64,000 nt of DNA from the NCBI GenBank assembly GCA_963840455.1, contig CAWIYV010000011.1, forward strand, positions 96,001-160,000. Direction: 5' to 3'. The position numbers and the translations under genes were made by a program. The stretch's first letter is position 1. Each line of letters opens with the position of its first letter. Shown piece after piece: positions 10,102-22,416 of the stretch. This DNA comes from Nitrospirota bacterium. Lineage in GTDB: Bacteria > Nitrospirota > UBA9217. The notes under the pieces are model-generated. The model was given only the letters and a program-made list of their open reading frames with translations. It was not told the DNA's origin and made no database searches.

Positions 10102-10320
10102 TGCCTCTCCCTTAACAATACTGTATATGTCTATCAAACGCCGCTCTGTGTGCACTATGTGAGACCCGCCCCACGCTTTTTTGGTTGAAAGCGCGCTTAC
10201 GATCTTCCCCGGCTGCCCGAACAAGCGTCTGAAAGTGCCGCTACGATCTGCGTTCATTCGCGTCGATGAAATTGCACCTTTTTCAGTGTTCATCAGTGCA
10301 GATCCGTGGTAAATACGTCC

Positions 10321-12003
<1,683 letters not shown>

Positions 12004-12560
12004 GCAGTATGATGACCTCCGATCAAAAGGGTAAGCTCCGTTAGAGGGCGACCCTCGCTCAGCATCAGGGATGACGATATTCCGCCGCCTCCTGATAAGG
12101 AAGCTCACTGCTTCCAGAAGACCGGTTTCCATTACTAACGGAGTAAGCCTTTTTGTACACTTTATTGCGGGGAAGGTCAATACCTAAAAGAGAGATTACC
12201 GCGAGGATGGAACAGGAGGATCGTATTACTGCTGCAAGCAACACTTACAAGCGTGCAACGGTTACCGCTGAACAGGAGATGCAGAAAACTGGTTGAAACT
12301 TATGCATAGGGGCTGTGAACGGTTCAACCGCTCGATCCCAATTTCGGATCGCTTTGTCGGATGTAGCTTACTCAGGCCGTCTTACCTGGTTATACAAGGA
12401 TGTTCGAAACCACGGATAATCTTCCTAACTTTGCCGTGGCCGTTCCATCATACATAGGTATATGGGCGATGTTTGGGATTATAGTGACCTGCGCTAGGAA
12501 CGTATGGGCCCAGCCTGAAGTGCTGAAATGACGCCGCTGATACATCCTATTAGACCGATC

Positions 12561-13022
12561 TCAATCCCTTCTCTTGGTTGCATACATGAAATCCATAAAT
12601 CCCAATATCTGCACCCGGGCCTCATCGGTCACCTGCCGGAACGTTCTCAGCATCGCTATCTCATCACCGCTCATGACCTGCGCAAGATAGTTGGTCTGCT
12701 CTTCGGAAAGAGGATATTTCCGCTTGCCCCGGTTGAATTTGGCGTCTGAAGGAGTGAGGAAGTATCCCTTGACCTCGTTGGGGACTTTCTGCTGATGTGC
12801 AGCAAGCACGAGAATGGACATGTCGAGGTTCAGTTTCTTTGCGATCGTCGTGAGCGTGTTGTCTTTCGGGATATGCCCCTTATTGATCGTTACCCGCAGG
12901 AGCTCCGGGCTGATCCCGAGCGCCTTCGAGGCGTCCTTGAGGTTCTTATATCCCTTCTTGTCCAGTGCATTCTTGATCATCTCAGCCAGTTTCGTAGACA
13001 TAGTGACGGTCTCCGTAGTCAT
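12561..13022 (-). CDS. HTH (XRE-like) DNA-binding protein
   Basis: LKDASKALGISPELLR helix-turn-helix pattern; extended -10 TGaTAGAAT upstream. Confidence 0.7.
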   Translation of the reverse strand: MTTETVTMSTKLAEMIKNALDKKGYKNLKDASKALGISPELLRVTINKGHIPKDNTLTTIAKKLNLDMSILVLAAHQQKVPNEVKGYFLTPSDAKFNRGKRKYPLSEEQTNYLAQVMSGDEIAMLRTFRQVTDEARVQILGFMDFMYATKRRD

Positions 13023-13147
13023 AAAAGATACCCTGAGGTGCGCTCATGGCTCGTGTATCGTTCTGTACAATCTTCCCGCTTATTTATTCTATCATAAATA
13101 TGAGGGTCAGGGCCATTTTTTTTGTTCCCTGCAGCTTGCTCCTAGAT

Positions 13148-14065
13148 TCAGGCCTTCATCATTTCCTCGATCGTGATCTTCAGAGAATCGCACAGGGACG
13201 GGAGGTCGTATCCGCCCTCAAGGACGAAGACCATGGGGACATCGGCGGAGGTCAGGATGCTCCGGACGATGCCGTGGATGCCCTCGTGGGTGACACGGAT
13301 GTTCGCGTGGGGGTCGTTGGCGTGGATGTCGTAGCCCGCGGAGACCAGGATGATGTCCGGCCCGAACCGTTGGACCACACCGGGCAGGATGTCCTGGTAT
13401 ACGGCGAGATAATCCTTGTTGCCCGACCCGGCCAGGATCGGGACGTTGTAGGTATACCCTTCTCCCCTGCCTTTTCCCCGCTCCATGTCCTTGCCGGTCT
13501 CGGGGTAGAAGGGATACTGGTGGGTGCTGAAGTAGAAGACCGTATCGTCCTCTTCGAAGATGTGCTGGGTGCCGTTGCCGTGGTGGGCGTCGAAGTCGAT
13601 GATGAAGACTTTCTGGTAGCCGACACGCTGGGCGTGCCGGGCCCCGACAGCCACGTTGTTGAAGAGGCAGAACCCCATGGAGCGGTCCGCTTCGGCATGA
13701 TGGCCCGGCGGCCGGACCGCGCAGAAGACCCGCCGCATGCCACGGCTCCGGCACTGCTCCACCGCTTCCATCACCGCGCCGGCGGCATAGGACGCTGCAT
13801 CGAAGCTCTCGACGGAGGTATAGGTGTCCGGGTCGATCTCCCCGGCGCCGAGGCTCCTGACCTTTTCGATGTTTTCCGGAGTGTGGACGAGAGCAAGGTC
13901 CTCCGGCGTTGCCTTGCGCGGCTTGATGTGGGTGAGCTTGTCCCAGAGGCCCGCGCCCTTGAGCGTGATGATGATGTTGATCAGACGGTCCCGGGAGTCC
14001 GGATGCCAGACCGGAGGCTCATGGTAGAGGAACACCTCATCGTAGACGAATCCGACCGGTTTCAT
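13148..14065 (-). CDS. Histone deacetylase-family amidohydrolase
   Basis: RPPGHHA, GFCLFNN, DFDAHHGNGTQ, SAGYD, LEGGY. Confidence 0.95.
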   Translation of the reverse strand: MKPVGFVYDEVFLYHEPPVWHPDSRDRLINIIITLKGAGLWDKLTHIKPRKATPEDLALVHTPENIEKVRSLGAGEIDPDTYTSVESFDAASYAAGAVMEAVEQCRSRGMRRVFCAVRPPGHHAEADRSMGFCLFNNVAVGARHAQRVGYQKVFIIDFDAHHGNGTQHIFEEDDTVFYFSTHQYPFYPETGKDMERGKGRGEGYTYNVPILAGSGNKDYLAVYQDILPGVVQRFGPDIILVSAGYDIHANDPHANIRVTHEGIHGIVRSILTSADVPMVFVLEGGYDLPSLCDSLKITIEEMMKA

Positions 14066-14098
14066 AGGGGTAGTATACTGAACGCTCTCCTGTTGGTG

Positions 14099-14686
14099 TT
14101 ATGCGAAACGGCCCTTGATCCGCTCGTAGTCCTCGGGCGTATCCAGGTCGAGGACGACTCCCTCGTCATCGACGTCCACAGTGCGAATACTGCCTGCGCG
14201 GCTTGCGATCACGTCGCGGAGGGTCTCTGCGATAAATATGTCGTCGATGGCCTTTCGCGGGAACAGGGTGGGATGGCCCCGTCTTCCGTGATACAGCGGG
14301 ATCAGGATGCTGTCAGGGCCGGAATGATGGACGTTGACAAGCCCCTTGATGGTTTCCGATGACACGAGGGGATGGTCTGCCAGACAGATCAGCACGCCTG
14401 TCGAAGCCGGATCGATTTGCCGGAGCCCGAGCCGGACGGAGCCTGCCATATCGCTCCGGGGATCGGCATTGACGACGGTCCTCACCGGCATCCCGCTGAT
14501 CGCGCCGGCCATCCCGTCAAGGTCGGCCCCAAGCACGACCACGATATCCCGCAGACCTGAGGCGACAATGCTGTCCAGGCAATGACGGATGACCGGACTA
14601 GGGCCGAGGGGAAGGAGCTGTTTGGAGCGGCCCATCCTCCGAGACGACCCCGCCGCAAGAACGATCGCTGAGACCTGTGGGGGCAT
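14099..14686 (-). CDS. mocA: Molybdenum cofactor cytidylyltransferase (MobA/MocA family)
   Basis: LAAGSSRRMGRSKQLL, LADHP, RRGHPTLF, DLDTPEDY; next to xdhC. Confidence 0.85.
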   Translation of the reverse strand: MPPQVSAIVLAAGSSRRMGRSKQLLPLGPSPVIRHCLDSIVASGLRDIVVVLGADLDGMAGAISGMPVRTVVNADPRSDMAGSVRLGLRQIDPASTGVLICLADHPLVSSETIKGLVNVHHSGPDSILIPLYHGRRGHPTLFPRKAIDDIFIAETLRDVIASRAGSIRTVDVDDEGVVLDLDTPEDYERIKGRFA

Positions 14687-15443
14687 GCTCTCTCCTGTGC
14701 TGGATGATCTGGGCCATGATGCTCACCGCGATCTCCTCGGGCGAGACCGACCCGATGGGAAGGCCCACCGGGATGATGACTCGCCGGATGTCGTCCTGCG
14801 GGAACCCTGCGGCCTTGAGCGTATTGATGAGGATGCCCTTCTTCCTCCTGCTGCCGAGCAGGCCGATGTAGCCTGCGTCGGTCCTGAGCGCGGCCTGGAC
14901 CGCCTCGAAATCGTGGTTGTGCCCCCGCGTCGCCACCACGAGGTAGGTCCCGCGGTTGACAGGAATGCTGGAGAAGACATCGGGGAACTCGCTCACCACG
15001 AGCTCATGGGCGTCGGGGATGTTGTCCCGATTCGCGAACTGCGCCCGGTCGTCGGCGACCGTTACCTGGAACCCTGCAAAGAGCGCAAGCTTCGCCAGGG
15101 CCTTGCCCACATGGCCCGCGCCGAGCACCACCAGCCGCGGGTCCGCGAATACCGGCTCGATGTAGACCGTCAGCGTGCCGCCGCATACCAGGCCGCCCTC
15201 CTTCTCGGTGAGCTCGAAGGGGACCGTGCGCGGCTGTCCGTCCTGCATGGCCATGCGTGCATGGGCGACCACGTCGGCCTCGATGCACCCGCCGCCAAGC
15301 GTGCCCATGATCGTCCCGTCGTCGCGCACCAGCATCTTGGCGCCCTGCTTCTGGGGCGACGAGCCCTTGCTGTCAACGATGGTGGCAAGCGCCGAGATGC
15401 GTCCGAGCTTTTTTAGACGAACAATTTCTTCGTAGATGTCCAT
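14598..15443 (-). CDS. xdhC: XdhC/CoxI-family molybdo-hydroxylase maturation factor
   Basis: GSSPQKQGAKM, GTLGGGCIE, GLVCGG, GAGHVG, YIGLLGSRRK, PVGLPIGSVSPEEIAVSI. Confidence 0.93.
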   Translation of the reverse strand: MDIYEEIVRLKKLGRISALATIVDSKGSSPQKQGAKMLVRDDGTIMGTLGGGCIEADVVAHARMAMQDGQPRTVPFELTEKEGGLVCGGTLTVYIEPVFADPRLVVLGAGHVGKALAKLALFAGFQVTVADDRAQFANRDNIPDAHELVVSEFPDVFSSIPVNRGTYLVVATRGHNHDFEAVQAALRTDAGYIGLLGSRRKKGILINTLKAAGFPQDDIRRVIIPVGLPIGSVSPEEIAVSIMAQIIQHRREHAPTGLSDRSCGGVVSEDGPLQTAPSPRP

Positions 15444-15499
15444 GGTAACCTCGGTCGAGGATCAGTTGGCAGTAGGCAGTCAATAGTCAAAGGGCAAAA

Positions 15500-15879
15500 G
15501 GCAGTCAAGAATCGGTGGGCTCTCAAATACTGGATGAACCCGTTGATCAGCCGAGCTCCTCTGACGCGAGCTCATATAACTCCTCGAATTCTTTGTGCGT
15601 TGCAGCCTTGATCAAGAGCCACATAGGGCTGGCTTTGGACCTCTGCCGCGGGACCGATCGCGTTAGAGAAAAAACGCCCAAACTCCTTATCTCTTCCTCT
15701 CGCAAAAAACCTTCAGCAATATTGCTCGTGACAGATACAGATGCTCTTCGTATCTGCTCCTGGAGGCCGTAATCTTAATTCAGTTTAAATTTCTTGCCGG
15801 TAACATCATAGATGGCCTTGACCAGTGTTCTCGACTTCTGCCATGCTTGTATATCCTCGAATCGTTCGATCTTCGCCAT
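15500..15879 (-). pseudogene. Four-helix-bundle protein (23S rRNA IVP-like) pseudogene
   Basis: MAKIERFEDIQAWQKSR...KLN* then DYGLQEQIRRASVSVTSNIAEGF, frameshift, AEVQSQPYVALDQG, frameshift, EFEELYELA. Confidence 0.85.
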
Positions 15880-15932
15880 TCCATCCACGGCACGAACAAT
15901 CAGGTATCGCTGCCTGTCGACCGTCGGCTGAT

Positions 15933-18104
15933 CTACGCTTTCATCGCCGCTTTGACCGCTGCCGGCGTCATCGGCAGGCTCCTGAGCCTGATCCCCGTTG
16001 CCGCGAAGACCGCGTTCGCCACCGCCGGTGCGATGGGCGGCACGCCGGGCTCGCCGATCCCTCCCAGGGGGTCTTTGCCCGTCGTAATATGCACCTCGAT
16101 CTCCGGAGCCTCGCTCATCCTGAGAAGGTCGTAGTCGCCGAAGTTCGTTGTCTTCACACCGCCGTTCGAAAACTCCATCTTCTCCTTCAGAGCGGCCGAG
16201 AGACCCATGATGATTCCGCTCTCCATCTGGGCCTTCACCGTGTCGGGATTGATTACCGAGCCGCAGTCCACTGCGCAGGTCACCTTGTGCACGGTGATCT
16301 TCCCGGTCGCTTTGTCCACCGAGACCTCGGCGACCTCGGCAACATAGGTGCCGAAGGAGAGATGATAGGCTATCCCCATTGCCTGGCCCTGCTTCGGCTT
16401 CTTGCCCCATCCCGCCTTGGCCGCAGCGGTCTCGAGCACCCGCTTCGCCCGCGGATGCTTAGCCAGGTGCGCCAGCCGGAACTCGAGCGGGTCCTTCCCG
16501 GCAGCAGCTGCAAGCTCGTCGACAAAGGACTCGATGATGAAACCGTTATGCGATGCGCCCACGGAGCGCCAGAACCCGACGGGCACCGGCAGGTCGATGC
16601 GGACATACTCGGCAAGAAGGTTCGGGACCTCGTACTCCAGGTCTGCAACCCCCTCGACCGCGGCATTGTCAATGCCGTTCTTCATCATCGCCGGGAATAC
16701 CCGGGCAAAGATGGACGGGCAGACGATCTTGTGGGACCAGGCGGCGAGCCGTCCCTTGTCGTCAAGGCCCGCTACGATCCGGGTATAGTTCCCCGGCCGG
16801 TAAACATCGTTCTGGATGTCCTCCTCCCGGGTCCAGATGAGCTTCACCGGCCTGCCCGCTGCCTTGGCGATCGACACGGCCTCCTCGACGAAATCGGTCT
16901 CGAAACGCCTGCCGAAGCCGCCGCCGAGGTAGGTCGTATGCACGAAGACCAGCTCGGGCTTGAGGCCCGTGATCTTCGCTGCCGTTGCCTGCACGCCGCC
17001 CTGGTTCTGCGTCGGCGCCCAGACATCGCACCGCTCCGGAGTGACCGAGGCCGTGCAGTTCATGGGCTCCATCGTTGCATGAGAAAGATAGGGAAGGAGG
17101 TAGAAGGATTCGACCTTCTTCACGGCCCCCGCAAGCGCGGCCTTCACATCGCCCTCGGCCTTCGCCGTGACACCGGTCTCCTTCATCCTTACCATCAGGT
17201 CCTGCTCGATGGTCTCGGTGCTGAGCTTCGCCATGGCCGGCTTCTGCCACTTCACGTTCAGCGCTTCTTTTCCCTTCCAGGCCGCGTCGATGCTTTCGGC
17301 GCAGACGGCGATGCCCCGGGAGATCGGGACGACCGCCTTGACCCCGGGGACGCGCTCCGCTGCAGCCTTGTCGTAGGTCGCCGGCTCGGCGCCAAACTGC
17401 GCGGGCCGCGCAACCGTCGCGTAGAGCATGTTCGGAACAAAGGTGTCGATCCCGAAGTTCGCCCTTCCCGTTGACTTGTCCGGTACATCCAGGCGCTGCA
17501 TCGCTTTCCCGATGTACTTGAGCTGGGCGTCCTTCTTGAGCGCCGGGTCCTTCGGCACCGGGAGTCTCGAAGCCTCGAACACCAGCTTGCCGTAGGAAAA
17601 GCCCTTCCCCGACTTCATGTTCCGGACCGTGCCGTTCACTGCCGCGCACTCCCGGAGCGGAGCCTTCAAGGCCTCGGAGCCGGCCAGGACCAGCATCTCC
17701 CGGGCTGCCGCACCGGCCTTCCGGAGCGTATCGTGCATATGCCGGATGCTGGTGCTCCCGCCGGTGGACTGCATGCCCCAGACAGGGTCCTTATACTCCG
17801 CGCCGGCGGGGGCGGGTACGATCTTCACCTTCTTCCAGTCCGCTTCCAGTTCGTCGGCGACGATCATCGGCAGTGACGTGTACACGCCCTGGCCCATCTC
17901 GGACTTGTTCACGATCACGGTGATCGTGTCATCAGGCGCGATGCGGAGGTAGACGTTCGGCTGGAAGGCCATGTCCTTCTCCGCTTCGGCGGCGGACAGG
18001 ATGCGGATGCCGTCGGGTGTGACGACGGCGGCCAGGGTCAGCCCCGCGCCGACCAGGGATGTCTTCAGGAACTCGCGACGGGTATATGTCTTTGCGTTCT
18101 TCAT
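15933..18104 (-). CDS. Xanthine dehydrogenase-family molybdopterin subunit (isoquinoline 1-oxidoreductase beta-like), Tat signal
   Basis: [47 protein letters not shown]; ATGA overlap with upstream gene. Confidence 0.95.
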   Translation of the reverse strand: MKNAKTYTRREFLKTSLVGAGLTLAAVVTPDGIRILSAAEAEKDMAFQPNVYLRIAPDDTITVIVNKSEMGQGVYTSLPMIVADELEADWKKVKIVPAPAGAEYKDPVWGMQSTGGSTSIRHMHDTLRKAGAAAREMLVLAGSEALKAPLRECAAVNGTVRNMKSGKGFSYGKLVFEASRLPVPKDPALKKDAQLKYIGKAMQRLDVPDKSTGRANFGIDTFVPNMLYATVARPAQFGAEPATYDKAAAERVPGVKAVVPISRGIAVCAESIDAAWKGKEALNVKWQKPAMAKLSTETIEQDLMVRMKETGVTAKAEGDVKAALAGAVKKVESFYLLPYLSHATMEPMNCTASVTPERCDVWAPTQNQGGVQATAAKITGLKPELVFVHTTYLGGGFGRRFETDFVEEAVSIAKAAGRPVKLIWTREEDIQNDVYRPGNYTRIVAGLDDKGRLAAWSHKIVCPSIFARVFPAMMKNGIDNAAVEGVADLEYEVPNLLAEYVRIDLPVPVGFWRSVGASHNGFIIESFVDELAAAAGKDPLEFRLAHLAKHPRAKRVLETAAAKAGWGKKPKQGQAMGIAYHLSFGTYVAEVAEVSVDKATGKITVHKVTCAVDCGSVINPDTVKAQMESGIIMGLSAALKEKMEFSNGGVKTTNFGDYDLLRMSEAPEIEVHITTGKDPLGGIGEPGVPPIAPAVANAVFAATGIRLRSLPMTPAAVKAAMKA

Positions 18105-18556
18105 GAACCTTTGCCCTCCTTTGACGCGGCCTTCACGGCAAGTTTGATGCGGGGATAGGTCCCGCACCGGCAGAGGTTGCCGTCCATGGCGCTCACGATC
18201 TTCGCGTCCGAGGGGTTCGGGTCCTCGGCCAGGAGCGCGGCCGCCTGCATGATCTGGCCGGACTGGCAGTAGCCGCACTGGGGCACCTGCTCCTTGATCC
18301 AGGCCTGGACGACGGGATGGCTCTCGGCCAGCCCTTCGATGGTCGTGATCTTCTTCCCTGCCGCGCTTGCCACGGGCGTCTGGCACGACCGCGCGGCCTT
18401 GCCGTCGATATGGACCGTGCAGGAACCGCAGGCGCCGATGCCGCAGCCGAACTTGGTCCCCGTGAGCTTCAGGTGCTCGCGGATCACCCAGAGGAGCGGC
18501 ACCTCGGGCCCCACATCCACCTGGTAGGTTTTCCCGTTGATTTCAAGCGCGATCAT
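18101..18556 (-). CDS. (2Fe-2S)-binding subunit (IorA/CoxS-like)
   Basis: [35 protein letters not shown]. Confidence 0.95.
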   Translation of the reverse strand: MIALEINGKTYQVDVGPEVPLLWVIREHLKLTGTKFGCGIGACGSCTVHIDGKAARSCQTPVASAAGKKITTIEGLAESHPVVQAWIKEQVPQCGYCQSGQIMQAAALLAEDPNPSDAKIVSAMDGNLCRCGTYPRIKLAVKAASKEGKGS

Positions 18557-18745
18557 AGGCTCGTTCTCCTTTCGCTTCGCCGGCACTGGCGGTGATCTGA
18601 CGTTTCAGGAAGTTGCACTCTATTCAACATGTGGGTGTGATCGATACAACTAAGTTAAACAGAATGGAAAGGCATTGTCAAGAAGGGCGAACGGGCGATG
18701 TGACACGATGGATTAAGCACTTTCTTGCTCTTGCCATTTTGTACG

Positions 18746-18905
18746 TTGATGCCGGGAGCGAGCGCATTCCCCACAGCTTGCTGAAGGGTCTTGCCCCCAG
18801 CGTTTACGAGTGGAACCGCGAGTGCAGGGGGTTAGCGGACGGTTAGGATAAACATCCTACCCTGAGGATCGAAGATTCCCTGCAGCATGCTGCGGGGAGC
18901 TTTAA
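18746..18905 (-). repeat. Dispersed hairpin repeat (MITE/REP-like), copy A
   Basis: Shares GGAGCGAGCGCATTCCC and CTACCCTGAGGATCGAAGATTCCCTGCAGC-TGCTGC-GGGAGCTT with the copy at 22222-22337. Confidence 0.85.
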
Positions 18906-19044
18906 CTGTATCACTTGGATATGTGCTCATCGTTCATCTTGCACGTTGATGCTTCACCGTTGAACCTTGAACCGTAGCGATCACGCGTCCTGCCCCGCAG
19001 CCGGGCCCTGCGCAGGCCGCCTTCCCCGGGGTCGGCCGGCCCGT

Positions 19045-20499
19045 TCATGGGGCAGGTGCTGTTCTCTGGGTCACCGGGAGCGTGACGAGGAAGGTCACGC
19101 CCCAGTCACGGTTGTTCATCGCGCGGATGGTCCCGCCGTGCTGTTCGATGAGCCGTTTGGTGATGGCAAGTCCGAGCCCCGTCCCCTTGGCCTTGGTTGT
19201 GTAAAAGGGCTGGAATATCTTGTCCACCATCCCGGGGTCCACGCCCTCACCGGTGTCCGAGACACCTATCTGCAAGGCATGGGAAACGGGATCGTAGGAC
19301 GACCGGACCGTCACCATGCCACCCTGGGGCATGGCCTCGGCGGCATTGACGATGAGGTTCATGAACACCTGCTGGAGCTGGAGCGGGTCGGCCATGATAT
19401 CCCATATCCGGGGATCGAGGAGCTTCACGATCTTGACCCCTTTCCCTTCCGCGGACATGAACACGGGAAGACGCTGGGCAAGGCTGATCGTGGCCTCAAG
19501 GACGCTGTTCACATCCACGGCCATGAACTGCGGCTTCGGCGGGCGGGCGAAGTTGAGCAGGCTCTTCAGGAGTGCCTCGATCTTCTTGATCTGTTCGATC
19601 GATTTCGTCAGCAGGGACCGGTCTTCAGCGGGAATGACCGAATCGGCGACAAGGACCTCCAGTGACGCCTTGACACCGGCAAGGGGGTTCTTGATCTCAT
19701 GTGCCAGCCCGCCCGACATCTCTCCGAGCAGGAAAAGCTGCTCGGCCCATTGCATGTTCAGGTACTGCTCCTTGAGCGACGATGCCATTTCGTTGAACGA
19801 TTCGGCAACCTCGCCGTACTCGTCGTGAAGCTTCGGGATCCGGTAGTCCAGATCACCGCTCTTGATGCGTCTGGTCGCCGTCAAGAGCTCCTTTACCGGC
19901 CTCGTGAAACGCTGCAGGAACACGATGGCCAGGATGAGGACCACGAGCGGAGTCGTGAACAGGAGGGTGTAGAGGATCTGCCGCGTTCTCGTCACCTCGT
20001 CGAAGGCGGCCAGGGTGCGTGCTTCGAGCTTCGAACTGGTCATCGAGACGATGTTGTTCACGTCGTTCAGGAGCTGCAGACCGAGCTGGTAGGCGTTGTC
20101 CTCCTCCTGCTCCATCCGGGCCTTGTTCGCCCGCAGCGTGAAGACCCGGCTCATCGCGGTTTTGAAGGCATCGACCTGCTCTCGAAGGGACACCAGCCGC
20201 TCCTGGATGGCCGGTTCGTGGTGGCACTCAAAGCAGGTGCTCACCGTGCTGCTCATGGAACGCATATGGTTGACGATCGCATCAAGGCTGCGTTCGTATC
20301 GTGTGTTCTTGAGGTACAGGTCCGCCTGCGACCGCTTGATCTCAAGCTGGAGGTGCTCCCTCAGGATCTCGATCTGATGGAGCCGGATAAGGTTGGCCGT
20401 CTTGTCCGAAGCGCTCTCGATCGTGGCGATGATGTAGAGTCCGCTTGCGAGAAAGATGAGGGAGAACAGGATGAGGCTTATGATGATCTTCTTCTTCAT
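19045..20499 (-). CDS. HAMP sensor histidine kinase with a periplasmic CxxCH heme-binding motif
   Basis: TCFECHH between two TM helices; LAHEIKNPL, QVFMNLIVNA, GTGLGL. Confidence 0.93.
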   Translation of the reverse strand: MKKKIIISLILFSLIFLASGLYIIATIESASDKTANLIRLHQIEILREHLQLEIKRSQADLYLKNTRYERSLDAIVNHMRSMSSTVSTCFECHHEPAIQERLVSLREQVDAFKTAMSRVFTLRANKARMEQEEDNAYQLGLQLLNDVNNIVSMTSSKLEARTLAAFDEVTRTRQILYTLLFTTPLVVLILAIVFLQRFTRPVKELLTATRRIKSGDLDYRIPKLHDEYGEVAESFNEMASSLKEQYLNMQWAEQLFLLGEMSGGLAHEIKNPLAGVKASLEVLVADSVIPAEDRSLLTKSIEQIKKIEALLKSLLNFARPPKPQFMAVDVNSVLEATISLAQRLPVFMSAEGKGVKIVKLLDPRIWDIMADPLQLQQVFMNLIVNAAEAMPQGGMVTVRSSYDPVSHALQIGVSDTGEGVDPGMVDKIFQPFYTTKAKGTGLGLAITKRLIEQHGGTIRAMNNRDWGVTFLVTLPVTQRTAPAP

Positions 20500-21446
20500 C
20501 AGTTGTTCAGATAATCGTAGGTGGCGAGGTTGAGTTTGCTGTCCCGCACGTAATCGTAGACCGCGCGGTAGTCGCTGTCCCTGGTCAGAATGAACCTCCG
20601 TGCGCCGAACGCCTTGAGCACCTTGGCGCCCTCCGGATCGCTGTCCATGGTCAGTAGCTCGTTCTGAATTCGGCTCTTCAGAGCGCTATCCAGGCCTTTT
20701 CGCACCGCCAGCGCATTCTCCGGTACCTCGGGAGATTGGGCAAGCACGACCAGTTCTTCACTGATCCGCTTGTCGCTCTGAGCAAGACGGTCGAAGACCG
20801 TGTTCTTTGCAGCCCCCATGTCCGCTTTTTTGTTCAGAACATCGTAGATTGCGTCCTCGTGGGTCCCCGTGAAATAGTATTCGCGGAGGAAGGTCCGGTA
20901 GTTCTTTTTATGCTGTCGAAAATACGCCAGGGGAAGAAGATATCCGGCCGTTGTGGCCTTGTCCACGAACGCGAAGCGCTTGCCCTGCATCTGCTCCAGG
21001 GAACCGATCCCGCTGTCCTTCCGGACGAAGATCAGCCCGTGGTAGGTGGAAGCCCCGTCGAGCCCCTCCGGCCGGGCAAGCACATCGACGCCCAGCTTGA
21101 CATGGGCGAGGGCATAGGTGAAGCTGCCGAAGAATGCTCCGTCCATCTTGGCCGACTGGAAGTTGCTGATGATATTCCCATAGCGGGAGAGTATGACAAG
21201 CTGGATCTCGATGCCGGTCCTGCGGGCCAGGTAGCGGGTGAGCGGTTCATAGCGATCCATCTGCTTGAAGAGGCTCTGCTCGGGAATAAGACCGATGAGC
21301 AGCGGTTTAGCGCGGCTCGGTTCGGCTGCCGTCTTCGGAGCAGGCGGGTCCTCCGTCCCCCGGCAACCGGCACCTGCAATGAGCAGAAGGAACGCAGCGA
21401 GCAGCGAACAAACGGACAGCGGTCTCATCAAACGGGAGTTCAGCAT
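20499..21446 (-). CDS. PhnD-family phosphate/phosphonate-type substrate-binding lipoprotein
   Basis: Lipobox GAGC; IGLIPEQ, FAFVDKATTAGYLLP, GTHEDAI; stop overlaps kinase start. Confidence 0.9.
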   Translation of the reverse strand: MLNSRLMRPLSVCSLLAAFLLLIAGAGCRGTEDPPAPKTAAEPSRAKPLLIGLIPEQSLFKQMDRYEPLTRYLARRTGIEIQLVILSRYGNIISNFQSAKMDGAFFGSFTYALAHVKLGVDVLARPEGLDGASTYHGLIFVRKDSGIGSLEQMQGKRFAFVDKATTAGYLLPLAYFRQHKKNYRTFLREYYFTGTHEDAIYDVLNKKADMGAAKNTVFDRLAQSDKRISEELVVLAQSPEVPENALAVRKGLDSALKSRIQNELLTMDSDPEGAKVLKAFGARRFILTRDSDYRAVYDYVRDSKLNLATYDYLNN

Positions 21447-21454
21447 GGTGCACT

Positions 21455-21483
21455 ATATTATAACTGATCCCCGGCAATGTCAA
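21455..21483 (-). promoter_or_regulatory. Sigma70-type promoter (probably leaderless) of the PhnD-like/kinase operon
   Basis: TTGACA-17 nt-TAATAT, 8 nt before the ATG. Confidence 0.65.
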
Positions 21484-21834
21484 TGCACCATCGATGCGCT
21501 ATTTCCTGGCCTGGTGAATGCGGAACCGTAGTTTTGGGCCTTCCCCTTCGCAAGTGGGTTGAGTATGCACGGCGATGATTTTTTTCTGCACCCCGGCCCA
21601 CAGGTCCGCGCAGGCATGCACTGCCGGTTCTGATACCAGGCTTTTTCAGGAATCGCAGCTCTTCCCCTCGCCCGGCACGGCCGGGCTCGGCCGTGTTTGC
21701 CTGTCTTCGTGGTGGCACTGGCTGTTGTTGCTTCCGCATGCGTGTGCGCGAACCTGTTCACGGGATGCAGGGGCCTTGGGAAGGGCAGAAGCGTGAGGCT
21801 TTACCCAAACTCCGCACGTCTCTGGAGCGGACCT

Positions 21835-21960
21835 ATGCGTTTCTTGGGCACCCATCTTGGCCTAAGGCCGCGTCCCACAGGGCGATGCGCACTGTTTGAG
21901 GCCGAAGGCCGAGTTTGCGCGATCGAGCAGACGTGGCCTTAGATGGGTCAAGAAAGGCAT
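21835..21960. repeat. Imperfect long inverted repeat
   Basis: ATGCGTTTCTTGGGCACCCATCT..AAGGCCGCGTC pairs with GACGTGGCCTTAGATGGGTCAAGAAAGGCAT. Confidence 0.7.
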
Positions 21961-22049
21961 TGTCGCCCCCTGCAACACACTGCAGGGGTCTCCGATCCTC
22001 AAGGAAGTTACTATTCTAACCGCTCGCTATGCGCTCGCTCCTGGATTAA
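21960..22049 (+). repeat. Dispersed hairpin repeat, degenerate copy C
   Basis: CCCCTGCA-ACACAC-TGCAGGGG hairpin, CGATCCTCAAGG, ATGCGCTCGCTCCTGGATT. Confidence 0.75.
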
Positions 22050-22221
22050 GGACGCGAAAGGGATGTGCAAAAGCATCCACCAGCAACCAGGCGCAAATAG
22101 TCAGACACGTGCTGCTCTCACTGACAAAGAGCTGTCATTTCGCCAACTCAATAAGGAAAAGATCCCGTAATTTTGATTGGCCGGTCCAACTGCCCGGCAC
22201 CCGTTGCCCGTCGTGAACACA

Positions 22222-22337
22222 TTGGATCCAGGAGCGAGCGCATTCCCGCAGTTATTTGCGGGTCAGCGAGCGATTATAAATAAACATTCTACCCTGAGGA
22301 TCGAAGATTCCCTGCAGCGTGCTGCAGGGAGCTTCAA
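22222..22337 (-). repeat. Dispersed hairpin repeat, copy B
   Basis: Near-identical ~50-nt block with copy A; inverted relative to copy C. Confidence 0.85.
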
Positions 22338-22416
22338 CGGCAAACGCGCCGTGCTCATGCTGTTCCCATGCACCTTTGACCTCGACCCCTGCACGCTTGA
22401 CCTTGAAACGTGCCTA

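Noticed and set aside
12004-12180. Extended N-termini in the ORF track (ettA to 12180, iorB to 18386, regulator from 2174, spike to 53068, 37726 ORF to 38091)
   Set aside because: Family homology, RBS position and stop/start overlaps support the shorter starts reported
12190-12550. Unannotated intergenic stretch (ncRNA or small gene?)
   Set aside because: No convincing RBS-led ORF, stable structure or repeat could be supported by eye
21495-21572. Possible c-di-GMP-I/GEMM riboswitch (minus strand ATACTCAACC...GCGAAGGGG...AAAACTACGG)
   Set aside because: Stems pair poorly, the second hairpin is not recognisable, and it lies upstream of the predicted promoter, so outside the transcript; a Rfam scan would settle it
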